DNA of 38,249 nt from a virus (Duplodnaviria > Caudoviricetes), in IMG/VR virus record IMGVR_UViG_3300027804_000115, positions 1-38,249 of that record; one strand, given 5' to 3'. The notes under the pieces are model-generated. The model searched no databases. It was not told where the DNA came from and worked only from the letters and a program-made list of their open reading frames with translations. Of the stretch, positions 37,034 to 38,249 are shown piece after piece; position 1 is the stretch's first letter; every line of letters begins with the position of its first letter. The position numbers were made by a program, and so were the translations under genes.

Positions 37034-37600
37034 AAGCATCCGGCGCAGCGATTTAGGGACCACTCCGACAGCGCAGAGTTTTGCCGCTCTCGACAGCCTG
37101 TCCCATCCTGCCCGTTGCTCCTCTAGCGGACGCCCCTGAGCATCTGCCCACCATGCGCGGAACTCTGCTACCGCTGCATTGTGTGCGGAGTCCTGCGCGG
37201 CGGCGTAGACCGCGCTCTTGGCGCGCAGATACTGCCCGAGCGTCTCGCAACCCTCGTGCGTCCATCCACGCGGCGGACGGCACACTCGCGACGTGCCGCC
37301 ATCCTCGTCGTGTACCGTCATCCAGACTGATCCGGCCTGTACAGCCGCATCCCATTCCGCGCTCAGGCGGGTTTTCTCGGCCTCCACCGGATCGACCGGA
37401 GCGGGCGGGATAGGGGCCGAAAGCCTCACATCAAGATGCGCGATCACGACGGCCACCGCTGCGTCTGCATTGTCGGCTAAGATGACGCCGTCACGGACTG
37501 CGCTCCGCACGACCGCTGCAGCAATGTCCTCGACGGTGGCCTGACCGTCGTCCGCTGACCATGCTGCGGTGGCGAGGGATTTGAGTTTTTCAAGATTCAT
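37028..37600 (-). CDS. Hypothetical Ala-rich protein
   Basis: ATG at 37600 (MNLEKLK) after a C-rich spacer. Confidence 0.7.
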   Translation of the reverse strand: MNLEKLKSLATAAWSADDGQATVEDIAAAVVRSAVRDGVILADNADAAVAVVIAHLDVRLSAPIPPAPVDPVEAEKTRLSAEWDAAVQAGSVWMTVHDEDGGTSRVCRPPRGWTHEGCETLGQYLRAKSAVYAAAQDSAHNAAVAEFRAWWADAQGRPLEEQRAGWDRLSRAAKLCAVGVVPKSLRRMLS

Positions 37601-37613
37601 AGGTAAAGGGGTG

Positions 37614-37629
37614 GGGGTGGGGGTTAGGA
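37614..37629. repeat. 16-bp gene-junction repeat, copy 2
   Basis: Identical to 37018-37033. Confidence 0.85.
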
Positions 37630-38040
37630 GAGGCTCGCAATCCATCCGGCAACGTCAGCCAACAACCCGCCCGCGTGCTCATGCTCGTCGTTCATCCAGA
37701 TTCTCAAACCGAGCGCATCGCATGCACGCTCAAAACATCCGACGGGATCATGCCCGCCAGTCCGCGCTTCCGCACATGCTACCCGGACCAGATAAGCCGA
37801 CAGCAATTCAGGCGTTACGTCTGGCACCTTCGCAACCAGCACGTCCGTTCTCTCCCCGTCCTCGTTGTGCGTGTATTCGATAAGCTCCATCTCCCCGCTG
37901 TCACCCTCGAACACCACAGCGCCGGTGTGCTCGTTCCCGTCGATCCGATACGCCACGTTGACCCAGTCGGCAGAAAGGCCAACCATACGCGTTCCATCCG
38001 CCTTGAGTTTTTCCAAGTAGCTCATTTGTTCGATTTGCAT
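37624..38040 (-). CDS. Acidic hypothetical protein, first gene of the early operon
   Basis: ATG at 38040 (MQIEQMSYLEKL); Asp/Glu-rich. Confidence 0.7.
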   Translation of the reverse strand: MQIEQMSYLEKLKADGTRMVGLSADWVNVAYRIDGNEHTGAVVFEGDSGEMELIEYTHNEDGERTDVLVAKVPDVTPELLSAYLVRVACAEARTGGHDPVGCFERACDALGLRIWMNDEHEHAGGLLADVAGWIASLS

Positions 38041-38046
38041 GTCCAA

Positions 38047-38075
38047 ACGATGCGTCGCGTCGCGACAGTTCGCAA
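38047..38075 (-). promoter_or_regulatory. Putative promoter giving a leaderless early transcript
   Basis: Minus strand TTGCGA-17 nt-CATCGT, 6 nt before ATG 38040; AT-rich upstream. Confidence 0.45.
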
Positions 38076-38249
38076 CAAATAAATGCATGGGAGGGGTTGT
38101 CTGCTAGCGCAAATACCTGTAGTCACGCGACATGAGGACGAAGAAAAAGTTGACTAGGGAAGTTGACTGTGGGGAAGCGAAGGGGGCGAAGGGGGCGGGG
38201 GGAGTTGTCCAGGGGGTTGGGAAGGGGGGAGAGAAGGGGGGGAGCAAAG

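Noticed and set aside
38147-38168. AAGTTGACT x2 as a rightward promoter
   Set aside because: TTGACT is -35-like but no -10 element lies at a suitable spacing.

Overview
The window is most of a tailed dsDNA phage genome with a podovirus-like (P22/T7/N4-type) gene order, truncated at the left end inside a gene. On the + strand: a 4-nt-overlap-coupled accessory operon (PAPS-reductase-like protein, a secreted choice-of-anchor-E-like protein, RusA, HTH, ThyX); terminase, portal, scaffold and major capsid; several fibre/receptor-binding genes; a holin/spanin-like cassette with no recognisable endolysin; adaptor, nozzle and three ejection proteins; then a replication/recombination operon (Xis-like HTH, RecT-like, RecE-like, SSB-like, SF2 helicase, C5 methyltransferase, primase-helicase). 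A ~1.2 kb hairpin- and G-rich non-coding region follows, then a minus-strand early operon of small genes. No integrase, DNA polymerase, tRNA, CRISPR or reverse transcriptase was recognised. Highlights: a two-subunit C5 methyltransferase whose second subunit is overprinted in the +1 frame with its own Shine-Dalgarno and a Cys/His insert; an anchorless PEP-CTERM-type surface domain carried by the phage; an identical 16-bp repeat at two early-gene junctions; apparent leaderless promoters sharing an operator-like motif; and a frameshift-split Cys-rich gene after the portal. All family calls are from motif recognition by eye, not database searches.
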